Notes: a model not told the origin generated them from the sequence alone. A stretch of 64,000 nucleotides of DNA from an uncultured Acidobacteriota bacterium (GCA_963804995.1 CAWDSK010000006.1:2016001-2080000); one strand, 5' to 3'; positions 19,070 through 30,322 are shown, counted from the stretch's first letter. Program-made: numbers and translations.

Positions 19070-22000
19070 ATGTGGCTCATCCGCACCGCCCTGCGGCGGC
19101 CCATCACGGTGATTGTCGTTGTCCTCGCCGTAGCGCTCTGCTCGATTCTGGCGGTCCTCCGGATGCGCACCGACATCTTCCCGGATTTGAATCTTCCCGT
19201 CATCTACGTGGCCCAACCCTATGGCGGAATGAGCCCTGCCCAGATGGAAGGTTACCTTGTCTATTATTACGAATATCATTTCCTTTACATCAATGGGATT
19301 GAGAGTGTAGAGGACAAGTCGATTCAGGGCAACGGCTTGCTGAAGCTCACCTTCCACCCTGGCACGGACATGAGCCAAGCCCTTGCCCAGACCATCGCCT
19401 ACGTGAACCGCGCCCACGCCTTCATGCCGTTTGGCGCCGTCAATCCCTTCGTGATTCGATTTGACGCGGGCACAGTGCCGGTGGGCTATCTCGTGTTCTC
19501 GAGCCAAACCCGCACCATAGGGGAAATCCAGGACCTGGCGCTCAATCGCATCCGCCCGCTATTCGCCACGCTTCCCGGCGTGTCAGCGCCACCACCCTTC
19601 GGCGGCAATCAGCGAACCATCGTCGTCACGGTCAATCCGGATCGACTCCGGTCGTACAATTTATCGCCCGATGCAGTGGTCAAGGCCATCAGTTCCGGCA
19701 ACATCCTCATGCCCGCCGGCAACGTGCGCACTGACAGCCTGCTGCGCATCGTCTCAAGTGATTCCGTTACCCCGGACATTCACTCCCTGCTCGATGTGCC
19801 CATCCGCACCGGCGCGGGGCCAGCGGTCTATCTGCGCGATATCGGCGCGGTGGCGGACAGCACCGACATTCCCACCGGTTACGCACTCGTGAACGGTCGC
19901 CGGGCGGTGTACATCCCGGTGACCAAGCGCCCGGACGCTTCTACGCTCACCGTCGTCGAGGAAGTCAAACAGAATCTGGCGCGTTTCCGCACCCTGGTTC
20001 CTTCGGACATCGACATCAGCTATCAATTCGACCAATCCGGATACGTCAAGAGTGCTCTCCTCTCCGTGGTGCGAGAAGGATTGCTGGGCGCCTTGCTCAC
20101 CGGTCTCGTAGTTCTGCTATTTCTGGGGGATTGGCGAAGCTCCTTCATCGTCTTGACCACGATTCCCTTCGCCCTGTTGGCCTCGGTGGTCGGCCTGTGG
20201 GTCAGTGGCCAGACGATCAACATCATGACGCTCGGAGGCTTGGCGCTCGCGGTGGGCATTCTGGTGGACGAGGGCGTGGTGGAAATTGAGAATATCGACA
20301 GCACACTCGCGCAAGAGCCAGGTCTTCCGCCCGCCCGTGCTGTGCTGCAAGCTACGCAGAGGACCGTCGTGCCTCGCTTCCTGTCGATGCTGGCCATCGT
20401 GGCCGTCTTCGTTCCGTCGTTTTTCATGACGGGCGTGGCAAAGAACCTGTTCGTGCCGCTCTCGCTAGCCGTGGCCTTTGCGATGGTGGCTTCGTTCCTG
20501 CTATCGAGCTCCCTGCTGCCGGTCTTGTTTCTCTGGATGCACCGCAAGCGCAACGTCGGGTCTGGAGCATCTTCATCCGGCTGGCTGAATTTCGACAAAG
20601 TGCGCGACCGCTGGGGCGCCGCGCTCGATCGCCTCGCCCCGTTCCGCTGGCTCGTGGTCGGGATTTACGTGGGCGTGGCGATAGTCATTCTGGGCTGGCT
20701 CGGACCGCGCGTGGGCAGGGATCTGTTTCCCAACGTGACGGGCCATCAATTCCGGCTACGTTTTGACGCTCCTACCGGAACCCGCGCCGAGGACACTGCG
20801 CGTTTGGTAACCAACGTTCTCGAGGAGATTCAGACCGCCGCCGGACCCGGAAACGTCGGCATCAGTCTGGGTTATGTCGGCACGCAAGGCGCGAGTTATC
20901 CCATCAACACCGTGTTCCTCTGGACTAGCGGACCGCACGAGGCGGTGATGAACGTGGCCCTCGCGCCCCAGGCGGGCATTGATGTGGCGGCCTTCGAAGA
21001 AAAACTTCGCGCCATCCTGCCGCCCAAATTTCCGGGCTGCACGTTCTCGTTCGAGCCGGGCGACATCGTGAGCCAGATTATGAATTTTGGCGCGCCCACT
21101 CCGGTTGAGTTGGCGGTTATGGGGCCGGACTTCGCCGCGGCCCGCGCCTACGCCGGAAAGGTGCGCGACGAGTTAAGCAATGTGCCGGCCCTTCGCGACC
21201 TCAAGTTTGAGCAGCCGCTCGATTATCCCAGTGTCGACGTGAAGGTGAACCGCGAACTGGCGGGCCAACTCGGCGTGACGGCGGAGCAGGTGGGCCGTTC
21301 GCTTTCAGAAGCCACGGCCTCCAGCCGCTTCACCACCCCCATCTACTGGGCGGATCCGAAGACCGGCGTCGGATTCCAGGTCCAGGTTCAATATCCCCAA
21401 CCGAGAATGACCTCCGTGCAGGACATCCAGAATATCCCCGTGATGCCGGGTGACGCGCCGCACCCGCTGATCGGGGACGTGGCCCGGGTGGCGGAGGGCA
21501 CCATCGTCGGGGAATACGATCGCATCAACGGCCTGTGGCTGCTGTCCCTCTCCGCAAATATCGCGAACCAGGACCTGGGCAGCGTTGCCAGCAGCATCAA
21601 CGCGGCCGTCGCGAAAGCCGGAGCACCGCCACGGGGCGCCACGGTGCAAGTGCGCGGGCAAATCGCTCCCATGCGCACAACTTTCTCGAACCTGGGAATT
21701 GGCCTGCTGCTGGCGATCGCCGTGATCTTCCTGCTGCTCGCCGCCAACTTCGAATCGATGCGTCTTTCCTTTGTCATCTTCACCACGGCGCCCGCGGCCA
21801 TCTGCGGAGTCCTCCTGATGCTCCTCGCCACGCACACGACTTTGAATATTCAATCCTATATGGGAGCGATCATGGCCATCGGCGTAGGGACGGCCAACGC
21901 CATTCTGCTCGTGACCTTTGCGGATGAGCGCCGCCGCGCGGGTGGCAGTGCGCTCGCCGCAGGCCTTGAGGGAGCGCGAGCCCGCATGCGTCCGATTGTG

Positions 22001-22204
22001 ATGACCAGCGCCGCCATGATCGCGGGCATGATTCCCATGGCCTTGGGCCTCGGCGAAGGAGCAGAGGCGGCGGCGCCACTCGGCAGGGCCGTTATCGGAG
22101 GACTCCTGGCGGCCACGCTGGTCAACCTGACGGCGCTGCCCTTCGTATTCTCTCTGGTTCAGGCGCGCGCCAGCACTGCGTCTGCTTCGCTCGAACCCGG
22201 ATGA
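19070..22204 (+). CDS. RND efflux permease (AcrB/CusA family)
   Basis: 1044 aa; DIFPDLNLPVIYV, INIMTLGGLALAVGILVDE, RMRPIVMTSAAM, PLGRAVIGGL. Confidence 0.95.
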   Translation: MWLIRTALRRPITVIVVVLAVALCSILAVLRMRTDIFPDLNLPVIYVAQPYGGMSPAQMEGYLVYYYEYHFLYINGIESVEDKSIQGNGLLKLTFHPGTDMSQALAQTIAYVNRAHAFMPFGAVNPFVIRFDAGTVPVGYLVFSSQTRTIGEIQDLALNRIRPLFATLPGVSAPPPFGGNQRTIVVTVNPDRLRSYNLSPDAVVKAISSGNILMPAGNVRTDSLLRIVSSDSVTPDIHSLLDVPIRTGAGPAVYLRDIGAVADSTDIPTGYALVNGRRAVYIPVTKRPDASTLTVVEEVKQNLARFRTLVPSDIDISYQFDQSGYVKSALLSVVREGLLGALLTGLVVLLFLGDWRSSFIVLTTIPFALLASVVGLWVSGQTINIMTLGGLALAVGILVDEGVVEIENIDSTLAQEPGLPPARAVLQATQRTVVPRFLSMLAIVAVFVPSFFMTGVAKNLFVPLSLAVAFAMVASFLLSSSLLPVLFLWMHRKRNVGSGASSSGWLNFDKVRDRWGAALDRLAPFRWLVVGIYVGVAIVILGWLGPRVGRDLFPNVTGHQFRLRFDAPTGTRAEDTARLVTNVLEEIQTAAGPGNVGISLGYVGTQGASYPINTVFLWTSGPHEAVMNVALAPQAGIDVAAFEEKLRAILPPKFPGCTFSFEPGDIVSQIMNFGAPTPVELAVMGPDFAAARAYAGKVRDELSNVPALRDLKFEQPLDYPSVDVKVNRELAGQLGVTAEQVGRSLSEATASSRFTTPIYWADPKTGVGFQVQVQYPQPRMTSVQDIQNIPVMPGDAPHPLIGDVARVAEGTIVGEYDRINGLWLLSLSANIANQDLGSVASSINAAVAKAGAPPRGATVQVRGQIAPMRTTFSNLGIGLLLAIAVIFLLLAANFESMRLSFVIFTTAPAAICGVLLMLLATHTTLNIQSYMGAIMAIGVGTANAILLVTFADERRRAGGSALAAGLEGARARMRPIVMTSAAMIAGMIPMALGLGEGAEAAAPLGRAVIGGLLAATLVNLTALPFVFSLVQARASTASASLEPG

Positions 22205-22421
22205 TCCGGAGAGCCGGTACGCACGGTAGCGGGGGAGAGGACCCTGCCAGGCAACAGGGCCGCAAAAGAAAGGCAAAAGGCAAAATGCAAAAGGCAAAAG
22301 TGAAAAAACCATGCTTTGAGAATCCTCGCTGGTGAAACTAGAGATTACTGGTAGGCAATTCAGAGGATGAAAGCGTGGCCCGGCAACATCGCGGGCTAAG
22401 AATCCGCACGAGGAAACATCT

Positions 22422-23597
22422 ATGAAGGTCAAACGAACCGCCGCACTCCTCACACTCTCGGCCGCAACTCTATTGTTTGTCTCCTGCAGTCAGGACCGCA
22501 GTGGCGCAACGCCGGTGGCCGGCCTGGGGGCTGCGGCTCCGGCCACTGCCGAGGTGGAAGTGACCCGCGTGGTCTCGCAAAAACTGAACACCACAGTCAA
22601 ACTTCCTGCCCAGCTTACGGCCTATGAAATCGTGGACGTTTATCCCAAGGTGACAGGGTTCGTGAAGTGGATCAAAGTAGACCGCGGTTCGAGAGTGAAG
22701 ACCGGGCAACAGATCGCGCTGCTCGAGGCGCCGGAAGTTCTGGCACAACGCGCGGAAGCGGAATCCAAATTCCAAAGCGCCGAATCGCAGCTCACCGCGG
22801 CACAAGCCAAACTCGCGTCAGACCAAGCCACCTACCAGCGGATGAGCGCGGCTGCGAAGACCCCGGGCGTGGTGGCGCTGAACGATCTGGAGATTGCACA
22901 GAAGACGGCGCAAGCGGATGAGGCGAACGTCGCGGCCTTCGACAAGAGCGCCAAGGCAGCGCAGGAGGCGCTCCGCGCGGTTTCACAGCTTGAAGCTTAT
23001 CTCAGCATCACCGCGCCCTTTGATGGTCAGGTCACAAATCGCTATGTGCATCCGGGAGCCCTGGTCGGTCCCGGGGGCGGGCCCGGCGCGATGACCCCGA
23101 TCGTGCAGATTCAAACGCTCACTCGGCACCGCCTGGTAGTGCCTGTGCCGGAGTACGACGCGGCCGGAATCCCCGCAGGGACGGAAGTGAGTTTCAGCGT
23201 GCCCTCTTTTCCCGGTAGAGTCTTCACCGCCCCTATCGCCAGGGTTTCAGGCGCGGTGGACGTCAAGACCCGCACCATGCCGGTTGAATTGGATGTCAGG
23301 GATCCAAAGGCTGAACTCGACCCCGGCGCGTTCTGCGAAGTCGTGTGGCCGGTGCGTCGCGCTTACCCCACGCTGTTTGTTCCCACCACGTCCGTGGGAA
23401 GTGACCTGGAGCGAACCTTTGTGATTCGGGTGCGGGGGAATCACGCGGAATGGGTGGATGTGAAGACAGGCGTCACCTCCGCGAACCTTACCGAGGTCTT
23501 CGGCGACTTGCACGAGGGAGACGAGGTGGCAATTCGCGGCACCGACCAAATTCGCTCGGGTACTGCGGTTTCACCCAAGCTTGTCAGCTCGAAATAA
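22422..23597 (+). CDS. RND membrane-fusion (periplasmic adaptor) lipoprotein
   Basis: Lipobox-like FVSC, VYPKVTGFV..VDRGSRV, ITAPFDG, VDVKTRTM. Confidence 0.93.
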   Translation: MKVKRTAALLTLSAATLLFVSCSQDRSGATPVAGLGAAAPATAEVEVTRVVSQKLNTTVKLPAQLTAYEIVDVYPKVTGFVKWIKVDRGSRVKTGQQIALLEAPEVLAQRAEAESKFQSAESQLTAAQAKLASDQATYQRMSAAAKTPGVVALNDLEIAQKTAQADEANVAAFDKSAKAAQEALRAVSQLEAYLSITAPFDGQVTNRYVHPGALVGPGGGPGAMTPIVQIQTLTRHRLVVPVPEYDAAGIPAGTEVSFSVPSFPGRVFTAPIARVSGAVDVKTRTMPVELDVRDPKAELDPGAFCEVVWPVRRAYPTLFVPTTSVGSDLERTFVIRVRGNHAEWVDVKTGVTSANLTEVFGDLHEGDEVAIRGTDQIRSGTAVSPKLVSSK

Positions 23598-23741
23598 TGG
23601 TCGGGTAGCGCTGGGCTTATGGTTTTTGAATTTATGAGTTGCAAATTGTTCCGACGCCCCGCGCGTGGAAGTAACCCCTCATCCGGCCTCCTACGTCAGC
23701 CACCTTCTCCCCTGGGAGAAGGCTGGGATTCACGATACCTG

Positions 23742-23811
23742 GCCCTCTCCGAGGGGAGAGGGTGGACCGCAACCGGCGTTTTCATCAGCCGGGGCGGGAC
23801 GGGTGAGGGGT
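23742..23811 (-). repeat. ~70-bp palindromic repeat, CCCCTCACCCGTCCCGCCCCGGCTG family
   Basis: Near-identical copies at 25664-25737, 25987-26060, 48460-48532 and 50164-50232. Confidence 0.9.
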
Positions 23812-23904
23812 CACTTGGGCGTTTGAGAATTCCAGCAATTCAAAACCCATTAGCCCGGCATGTAGCGCCCAAAATGAGGGCGCTAAAAGTAAAAGAGACA
23901 CCCC

Positions 23905-25422
23905 ATGGAAAACCATAATGAGTCACGACGGAGATTTCTAAAGGCTACGGGCTTCGCCGCCGGAGCATCCTTGCTCCGCGTGACCCGCACCGCGGCTGCC
24001 CCGGGGATAATCGCGCCAACTGGCACATCCCCCGCGCCGCCCGATCAGTCCGGCCCTGCGGACTACACCCTGCACATCAAAACGTCACCCGTGGAAATTT
24101 CGCATAAGCGGATCATCTCCACCGCAACCTACAACGGGCAATTCCCCGGACCCCTGCTTCGCTTCAAGGAAGGGCAGCAGGTCACGATCGACGCGTACAA
24201 TGACACGGACACGCCGGAACAACTGCACTGGCACGGGCAGAAGGTATCGACTGACGTGGACGGGGCGGCGGAGGAAGGCACGCCGTTCATTCCGGCGCGT
24301 GGCCAGCGGCGGCTCGTGTTCACGCCCAACCCGGCGGGCCTGCGTTTTTACCACACCCACAACCGCGCGGGCGCTGACCTGGCCGCAGGACAATACAGCG
24401 GCCAAGTCGGGCCGGTCTATATCGAGCCCAAGAATGACCCAGGCAGATACGACCGCGAAGTCTTTCTGGTTCTGAAAGAGTTCGACCCTTCCTTCAGCCG
24501 CGGCGGCGATATGGCGATGGACTTTCTTTATCCCTCGGCGCGGGTTAAGGCGCTCGAAGACGCGGGTGAATCCGCGATGAAGGCTTCGCTCGCGAAGGGT
24601 ATGCCGCACGGGTATGAGGTCGGCTACGACTCGTTCACGATCAACGGGCGCATGCTGGGGCATGGTGAGCCCATTCGCGTGAAGCAGGGGCAACGAGTCC
24701 TGTTCCATATTTTAAATGGAAGCGCCACGGAGATTCGCAGCCTGGCCTTGCCGGGGCACACCTTCCAGGTGGTGGCGCTGGACGGCAATCCGGTCCCGAA
24801 TCCCGCTGCGGTTCCTGTACTCTGGCTGGGCACGGCGGAGCGCATCTCCGCCGTCGTGCAAATGAATCACCCCGGGGTGTGGATCATGGGTGATCTCGCG
24901 GACGACGATCGCCATCATGGAATGGGCGTCATCGTTGAGTATGCCGGAAGCACCGGTAAGCCGGCATGGATCGCTCCGCCGCCCTTCAAGTGGAATTACA
25001 CGCACTTCGCGAAACCCGGAGCCACGGCGCCCCCGCCCGACGAGACGTTCGAGATGTTGATTGCGAAAGACAATGCCGCGGAGGAAGGCTTTAATCGCTG
25101 GACCCTAAACGGGGTGGCTTACCCGATGATGGGCGGGATGGCCCCCGCGTCATATCACCTGAAGCAGGGCAAGCGCTACCGCCTCCGATTCCGCAACGCG
25201 AGCGATGATATCCATCCCATTCACCTGCACCGCCACAGCTTTGAGTTGACGAACTGGGCCGGGAAGCCCACGGCAGGAATATTAAAAGATGTCGTGATGT
25301 TAGGCGGCTACCAGCAGGTCGAACTGGATTTTGTCGCGGACAATCCCGGCCTGACGCTCTTCCACTGCCACCAGCAATTGCACATGGACTTCGGTTTTAT
25401 GACGCTGTTCGACTATGTGTAG
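23905..25422 (+). CDS. Tat-exported multicopper oxidase
   Basis: SRRRFLK Tat motif; HWHG, FYHTH, HPIHLH, HCHQQLHMDFGFM copper-binding motifs. Confidence 0.95.
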   Translation: MENHNESRRRFLKATGFAAGASLLRVTRTAAAPGIIAPTGTSPAPPDQSGPADYTLHIKTSPVEISHKRIISTATYNGQFPGPLLRFKEGQQVTIDAYNDTDTPEQLHWHGQKVSTDVDGAAEEGTPFIPARGQRRLVFTPNPAGLRFYHTHNRAGADLAAGQYSGQVGPVYIEPKNDPGRYDREVFLVLKEFDPSFSRGGDMAMDFLYPSARVKALEDAGESAMKASLAKGMPHGYEVGYDSFTINGRMLGHGEPIRVKQGQRVLFHILNGSATEIRSLALPGHTFQVVALDGNPVPNPAAVPVLWLGTAERISAVVQMNHPGVWIMGDLADDDRHHGMGVIVEYAGSTGKPAWIAPPPFKWNYTHFAKPGATAPPPDETFEMLIAKDNAAEEGFNRWTLNGVAYPMMGGMAPASYHLKQGKRYRLRFRNASDDIHPIHLHRHSFELTNWAGKPTAGILKDVVMLGGYQQVELDFVADNPGLTLFHCHQQLHMDFGFMTLFDYV

Positions 25423-25548
25423 CGGCTGAACCCACACCTTTTCCCACCTCGCATTGCCTTACGCAGCGGCTTGTTGCTCGCGGCTTTATGTTGTAGTGTC
25501 AATTCCTGGTCAAGCTTGTCCATGTTACGCTTATATGGGCGGGTAGCG

Positions 25549-26144
25549 ATCTGCGGCTCCGGTCGCCGCGGCGACAAGGGCTGAGCCCTTCCCTGGAGTT
25601 TCTACATTTGAAATGAGAGGTCTAATCCCCCTCCGAAAGGGCGGACCGCTTCTTGGATTTACCGCCCTCGCCCCCTTGGGGGAGAGGGTGGACCACCGCC
25701 GGCGCACTTATCAGCCGGGGCGGGACGGGTGAGGGGGTCTAAGCCGTGAATACTGGAGATAGGATGAAATCCGCACCTCCCCGCCGCAAGATTCGGTCGT
25801 TGGCGCGCCGCGTAGCGCAACCCGATCGAGCGCGCGTCGCCCCCACCGAAACCGAGCCAGCGGCAGGGGGCTGGCTGCATCGTTCTGGAAGCGCCGGAGA
25901 GGTGGGTGGAGAAAGTGCTGCGCGGGGTAGGGTCCGTGCCGGAGGTCTTGGCAGGAGGGGGTGCCGGAGAGCGCCTCGAGCCTCAACCCCCTCACCCGGC
26001 CCGCCCCGGCTGGTGAAAGCGCCGGTTGCGGTCCACCCTCTCCCCCAAGGGGGCGAGGGCAGAGATTCTTGATTGGGCACTTTGAAAATGTACAAACTCC
26101 AGGGAAGGGCTGAGCCCTTGTCGCCGCGGCGACCGAAGCTCATC
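25549..26144. repeat. Nested inverted-repeat structure
   Basis: Outer ~60-bp IR (GGTCGCCGCGGCGACAAGGGCTGAGCCCTTCCCTGGAGTTT and its reverse complement) encloses an inverted pair of the 70-bp repeat. Confidence 0.9.
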
Positions 26145-26307
26145 AAACGCCAGGAGCGCTCGCTAATTGGGAAAGCCTTGGTTCCTGGTTAGCCTAGGGT
26201 CAGACTCAACGCGTTATCGCGTTAGCAGGCGAAACCGTACGAATCCAGCTTCAGAACTCAGGTCAGCGTGGGGGCAGTGGTTGAAAGGCAGCGGAGAAAA
26301 CGCGCGA

Positions 26308-28494
26308 ATGGTTCCGGCGAAAGGCGGGCAGGCGACCCCTGCGGCCAATCCCGCGGGGGGCGGCGCAGTCGCTGCTTCTCAGCGTCCCCCGGCGCCATCT
26401 ATCCTTCAAGCACCAACACCCGGCGGGGATATTGCCGCCCTCTTGCAGCGCACCTTCGGTTTCAATTCCTTTCTCCCCAATCAGGAGGCCGTCTGCCGGG
26501 CGGTCATTGAAGGCCGCGACGTGCTGCTGGTGATGCCCACGGGGTCAGGCAAATCACTGTGCTACCAATTGCCGGCCCTGGCGCGCGGTGGGACGACGCT
26601 CGTGATCAGTCCTCTCATCGCCCTGATGGAGGACCAGGTTGCCAAGCTTAAAGCGCTGAACTTTGCCGTGGAGCGCATCCATTCCGGGCGCGGCCGGGGT
26701 GACTCGCGCCGCGTCTGCATTGACTACCTGGCGGGCAAACTGCAATTCCTGTTCATCGCGCCGGAGCGGCTGCGTGTGGCCGGCTTTCCTGAGATGCTGG
26801 CGAAGCGGCAGGTCTCACTCATCGTGGTCGACGAAGCGCACTGCATATCCCAGTGGGGACATGATTTCCGGCCTGACTACCGCCGGCTCGGCAAGCACGT
26901 GCCCAGCCTGCGCCCGGCGCCGGTGATCGCGCTAACCGCCACCGCTACGCCACCCGTCCAGAACGACATCGTCGAGCAACTGGGGCTCGTGCGGCCGGCA
27001 CGTTTCATTCATGGCTTTCGGCGTACCAACCTGGCGATTGAAGTGGTGGAAGTTCCGCCCTCGGAACGCCCAGAGCTCACGCTGGAACTATTGTCTGACT
27101 CCGAGCGGCGGCCGGCAATTGTCTACACACCTACGCGCAAGCAGGCGGAATCCCTGGCCCTCGAACTCGGTGCCCACTTCACGGCTGCCGCCTATCACGC
27201 GGGACTCGATGCCGAGCGTCGCAAACAAGTCCAGGGGGAGTTCTTGGCGGGCAGGCTTCAGGCTACCGTGGCGACGATTGCCTTTGGCATGGGAATCGAC
27301 AAGCCCGATATCCGCACCGTGATCCACACTGCTTTGCCGGGGAGCATTGAAGCCTATTACCAGGAAATCGGCCGGGCCGGGCGGGATGGCCAGCCCAGCC
27401 GCGCCATCCTGATGCAATCCTACGCGGACCGCTACACGCATGACTTCTTCTTTGAGCGGGATTATCCGGACGTGATGTTTCTGGACGAAATCTTCGCGCG
27501 CCTCACTCCTGAGCCGCAGGCGAAACGCGAGCTACAAAGGAAATTGCTGATGGAGCCCGAAGTGTTTGACCGGGCCCTCGAAAAGCTGTGGACCCATGGC
27601 GGCGCCGTGGTGGACTACGCCGAAAACGTTACGTTGGGGCAGAACGATTGGCGGGAGATGTACCTGGTCCAGGGTGAGCAGAAGCGCCAGCAGATTGAGC
27701 TCATGATCCGCTACGCAGAGAGCAACCTGTGCCGCATGGCGAGCGTGGTGCGCCATTTCGGCGACCTCGCCGATAGTCAGAAGCCCTGCGGGATCTGCGA
27801 TCATTGCGCTCCGGCAGGATGCGTCGCACAGCACTTCCGGACCGCCACGAAGGCAGAGCACGCGGCGGTGCTGCGCGTAATTGACGAGTTGCGCGGCGGG
27901 GGCGCAAGGTCCACGGGCAAACTGCATACGGAACTCTTGGCGGGCCACGAGATGAGCCGCGACAGGTTCGAGGATCTGCTGGGGGCTATGGCGCGCGCCG
28001 GAATTGTGCGCTTGCAGGATGCGGTTTTTGAAAAGAATGGCCGGCAGATTCCTTATCGTACCGCCAGCCTCACGCGAGCCGGGCATGCGGTGGACGAACG
28101 TACTCCGCTCGACCTGGTAATGAAGGTTCTTAAGCCGCTTGCCGCTCAGCCCAAACGCCGGAAGAAACCCAGACGAGCCACGATGCCGGGGCTGGAACCT
28201 GCCGGCCCGGCGGCGGCGCTCGCGGCGCGCGCCACGAAGAGACAGCCTGACCCTGCGGCGGACCTTCGGGCCGAAGAGGCGCTGCGTGCCTGGCGGTTGG
28301 CGGAGGCCCGGCGACTTGGCGTGCCTGCCTTCCGCATCCTCACGGACAGGGCACTCGAAGGACTGGTAAAGCTGCGCCCCCATAATACCGCTGAGATGCT
28401 CGCCATTCCGGGCATCGGACTCCGCACGGCGGAGAAATACGAAGGCGACATCCGCAAAGCCTTGTACGGCGCCAATCGGCAGCCATCCTCGTAG
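26308..28494 (+). CDS. recQ: RecQ-family DNA helicase with HRDC domain
   Basis: MPTGSGKSLCYQLP, DEAHCISQWGHDFRPDY, ATIAFGMGIDK, YYQEIGRAGRDG, Zn-binding CR...CGICDHC, HRDC (LRAWRLAEARRLGVPAFRIL). Start uncertain. Confidence 0.93.
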   Translation: MVPAKGGQATPAANPAGGGAVAASQRPPAPSILQAPTPGGDIAALLQRTFGFNSFLPNQEAVCRAVIEGRDVLLVMPTGSGKSLCYQLPALARGGTTLVISPLIALMEDQVAKLKALNFAVERIHSGRGRGDSRRVCIDYLAGKLQFLFIAPERLRVAGFPEMLAKRQVSLIVVDEAHCISQWGHDFRPDYRRLGKHVPSLRPAPVIALTATATPPVQNDIVEQLGLVRPARFIHGFRRTNLAIEVVEVPPSERPELTLELLSDSERRPAIVYTPTRKQAESLALELGAHFTAAAYHAGLDAERRKQVQGEFLAGRLQATVATIAFGMGIDKPDIRTVIHTALPGSIEAYYQEIGRAGRDGQPSRAILMQSYADRYTHDFFFERDYPDVMFLDEIFARLTPEPQAKRELQRKLLMEPEVFDRALEKLWTHGGAVVDYAENVTLGQNDWREMYLVQGEQKRQQIELMIRYAESNLCRMASVVRHFGDLADSQKPCGICDHCAPAGCVAQHFRTATKAEHAAVLRVIDELRGGGARSTGKLHTELLAGHEMSRDRFEDLLGAMARAGIVRLQDAVFEKNGRQIPYRTASLTRAGHAVDERTPLDLVMKVLKPLAAQPKRRKKPRRATMPGLEPAGPAAALAARATKRQPDPAADLRAEEALRAWRLAEARRLGVPAFRILTDRALEGLVKLRPHNTAEMLAIPGIGLRTAEKYEGDIRKALYGANRQPSS

Positions 28495-28840
28495 CCTGGC
28501 CGCCCACCGTCCGACTGGGGTGGTAGCCACGGACAGTGCCTTCCTGTCCGTGGGCTTTTCTCAGGCGCGATATCCTATGGGAAATCTCACGTAATCAATT
28601 TGAATGGGGCAGGCCTCGAAGGTTGCTTTGTCCAAGGCGAAATTGCGGTAAGTTGCAGCCACAATTCATGGCGGGTTTGAGATCATGGGAAGAGCCCACT
28701 TTCATCCGCGATTCGAAGCCGCGCTCCAACCAGCAGCGATCGATTCACGATGCATCAATACCCCTCGATCCAGAGATTGTCAATCTCTCAATATGTCCGA
28801 AGCATAACCTGAGGTGGTTTTGGCAATGGCGAGAAAAATC

Positions 28841-28951
28841 CAGGCTGGCGCAGAGCGAGCCCAGCTCTGCGATTTCGAGCGGTTCAAGCAAGCCGGTCCG
28901 AGGTCAAGGCCGACGTGAGTCGCAGAGCTGAGCTCGCTCTGCGCCAGCCTG
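28841..28951. repeat. 32-bp inverted repeat pair (REP-like)
   Basis: CAGGCTGGCGCAGAGCGAGCCCAGCTCTGCGA ... TCGCAGAGCTGAGCTCGCTCTGCGCCAGCCTG. Confidence 0.85.
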
Positions 28952-29119
28952 CGCTTGCTGGTCAATCGTATTCACATGCTTTCGTCCCTGGGGTTTGAAC
29001 CCGGGAATTGACTTGGCACGATGGCGGTGCTTGATTATGATTGCTGCCTCATAACCCCCTGAGGAAAAGTGTGCGCTTTCCGCAACTGCGGGGGGAATCA
29101 ACTTCAGAAAGGACTCGGT

Positions 29120-30118
29120 ATGGCAAAAATCGGGGTGGGGGTTATTGGCGTAGGGTCATTTGGCGAGCTGCACATCGAAACTTACCGATCGCTCCCGGAT
29201 GTTGAGGTTCGAGCCATCTCAGACGTTAATGAAAGCCGTCTGCGCGAGATAGCCGGCAAGTACCAGATCCCTCACACCTATACTGACACCAAAGAGTTGT
29301 GCGCGCGGAAGGATATTGAGATGGTGAGCGTCGTGACACCCGAACCCCTCCATCTCGCGCCGGTTTTGGCTGCGGCCCAAGCGGGAAAACACATTCTGCT
29401 GGAGAAACCTATCGCCACGAATCTTGCAGACGCTCAGAAGATCATGCAGGCGGCGGAACAAGCCCACGTCCATCTCATGGTGGGCCACATCCTGCGCTTT
29501 GAAACCAACTACGGGAGCCTGCAGCGGGAAATCCGAGCCGGCAACCTTGGCAAGATTGTTTCAATTCATGCACGGCGCAACCGGCCGAGGAAGCTATATG
29601 CAATTTACTCGCGCGCTCACGCCATACTCGAGAACTCCATTCACGACATCGACATGTGCCTCTGGTACACGCAGGACCGTGTCACGAACGTGCGAGCGTT
29701 TACGCGCAACATCCAGGGCGGGGAGAATCCCGATATCAACTGGAGTTTTCTTGAATTTGCGGGCGGCGCCGTGGCTTGCGTTGAGACCCATTGGCTGATT
29801 CCCGACCAGGCCGGAATCATGACCAACGACTCCATGCAGGTCATCGGAACCAAAGCCGTGGCGGACCTTCACCTGGTGCCCGCGAGTTTGAGTTTGTGGA
29901 AGGAGCAAGGGACGGAATCTCTCAACACGAGTTACGACGCGCGATTCGCAGACCGCATCTGGGGAGCGATCAAGGAAGAAGTTGGCTACTTTGTGGACTG
30001 CGTGAGACGGGGCGAGTCACCAACGGTCATCACTCCACGCGAGGCCTGCGAGGCGCTGAAGGTTACTCTGGCCTTGATCCAATCCGCCCAAGAACAGCGT
30101 GACGTGAAAGTGCAATAG
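29120..30118 (+). CDS. Gfo/Idh/MocA-family oxidoreductase
   Basis: GVIGVGSFG, VVTPEPLH, GKHILLEKP, VGHILRF, IHDID. Confidence 0.92.
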   Translation: MAKIGVGVIGVGSFGELHIETYRSLPDVEVRAISDVNESRLREIAGKYQIPHTYTDTKELCARKDIEMVSVVTPEPLHLAPVLAAAQAGKHILLEKPIATNLADAQKIMQAAEQAHVHLMVGHILRFETNYGSLQREIRAGNLGKIVSIHARRNRPRKLYAIYSRAHAILENSIHDIDMCLWYTQDRVTNVRAFTRNIQGGENPDINWSFLEFAGGAVACVETHWLIPDQAGIMTNDSMQVIGTKAVADLHLVPASLSLWKEQGTESLNTSYDARFADRIWGAIKEEVGYFVDCVRRGESPTVITPREACEALKVTLALIQSAQEQRDVKVQ

Positions 30119-30122
30119 CGGC

Positions 30123-30249
30123 CTAGCAGGCTGATGAAAAACGACGTAGCGGCGGGTTTACGCCGCCATCCGCTGTTGAAATCGTTGGCGATATGGCGGG
30201 GTAAACCCGCGCTACCTCGCACCGTGAGGATTTTTCAACAGCCTGCCAG
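30123..30249. mobile_element. MITE-like element, copy 2
   Basis: Near-identical to 18863-18990. Confidence 0.8.
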
Positions 30250-30322
30250 GCTTTGCCTGGGACCGACGAGCCGAAGTGCCGTGAGCGTGCCACGTGTTTC
30301 CCATCACCAGAGGACAGGAACC

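Noticed and set aside
30134..30322. N-terminal extension of the M20 hydrolase
   Set aside because: It is the translation of the MITE; the likely start is ATG 30323.
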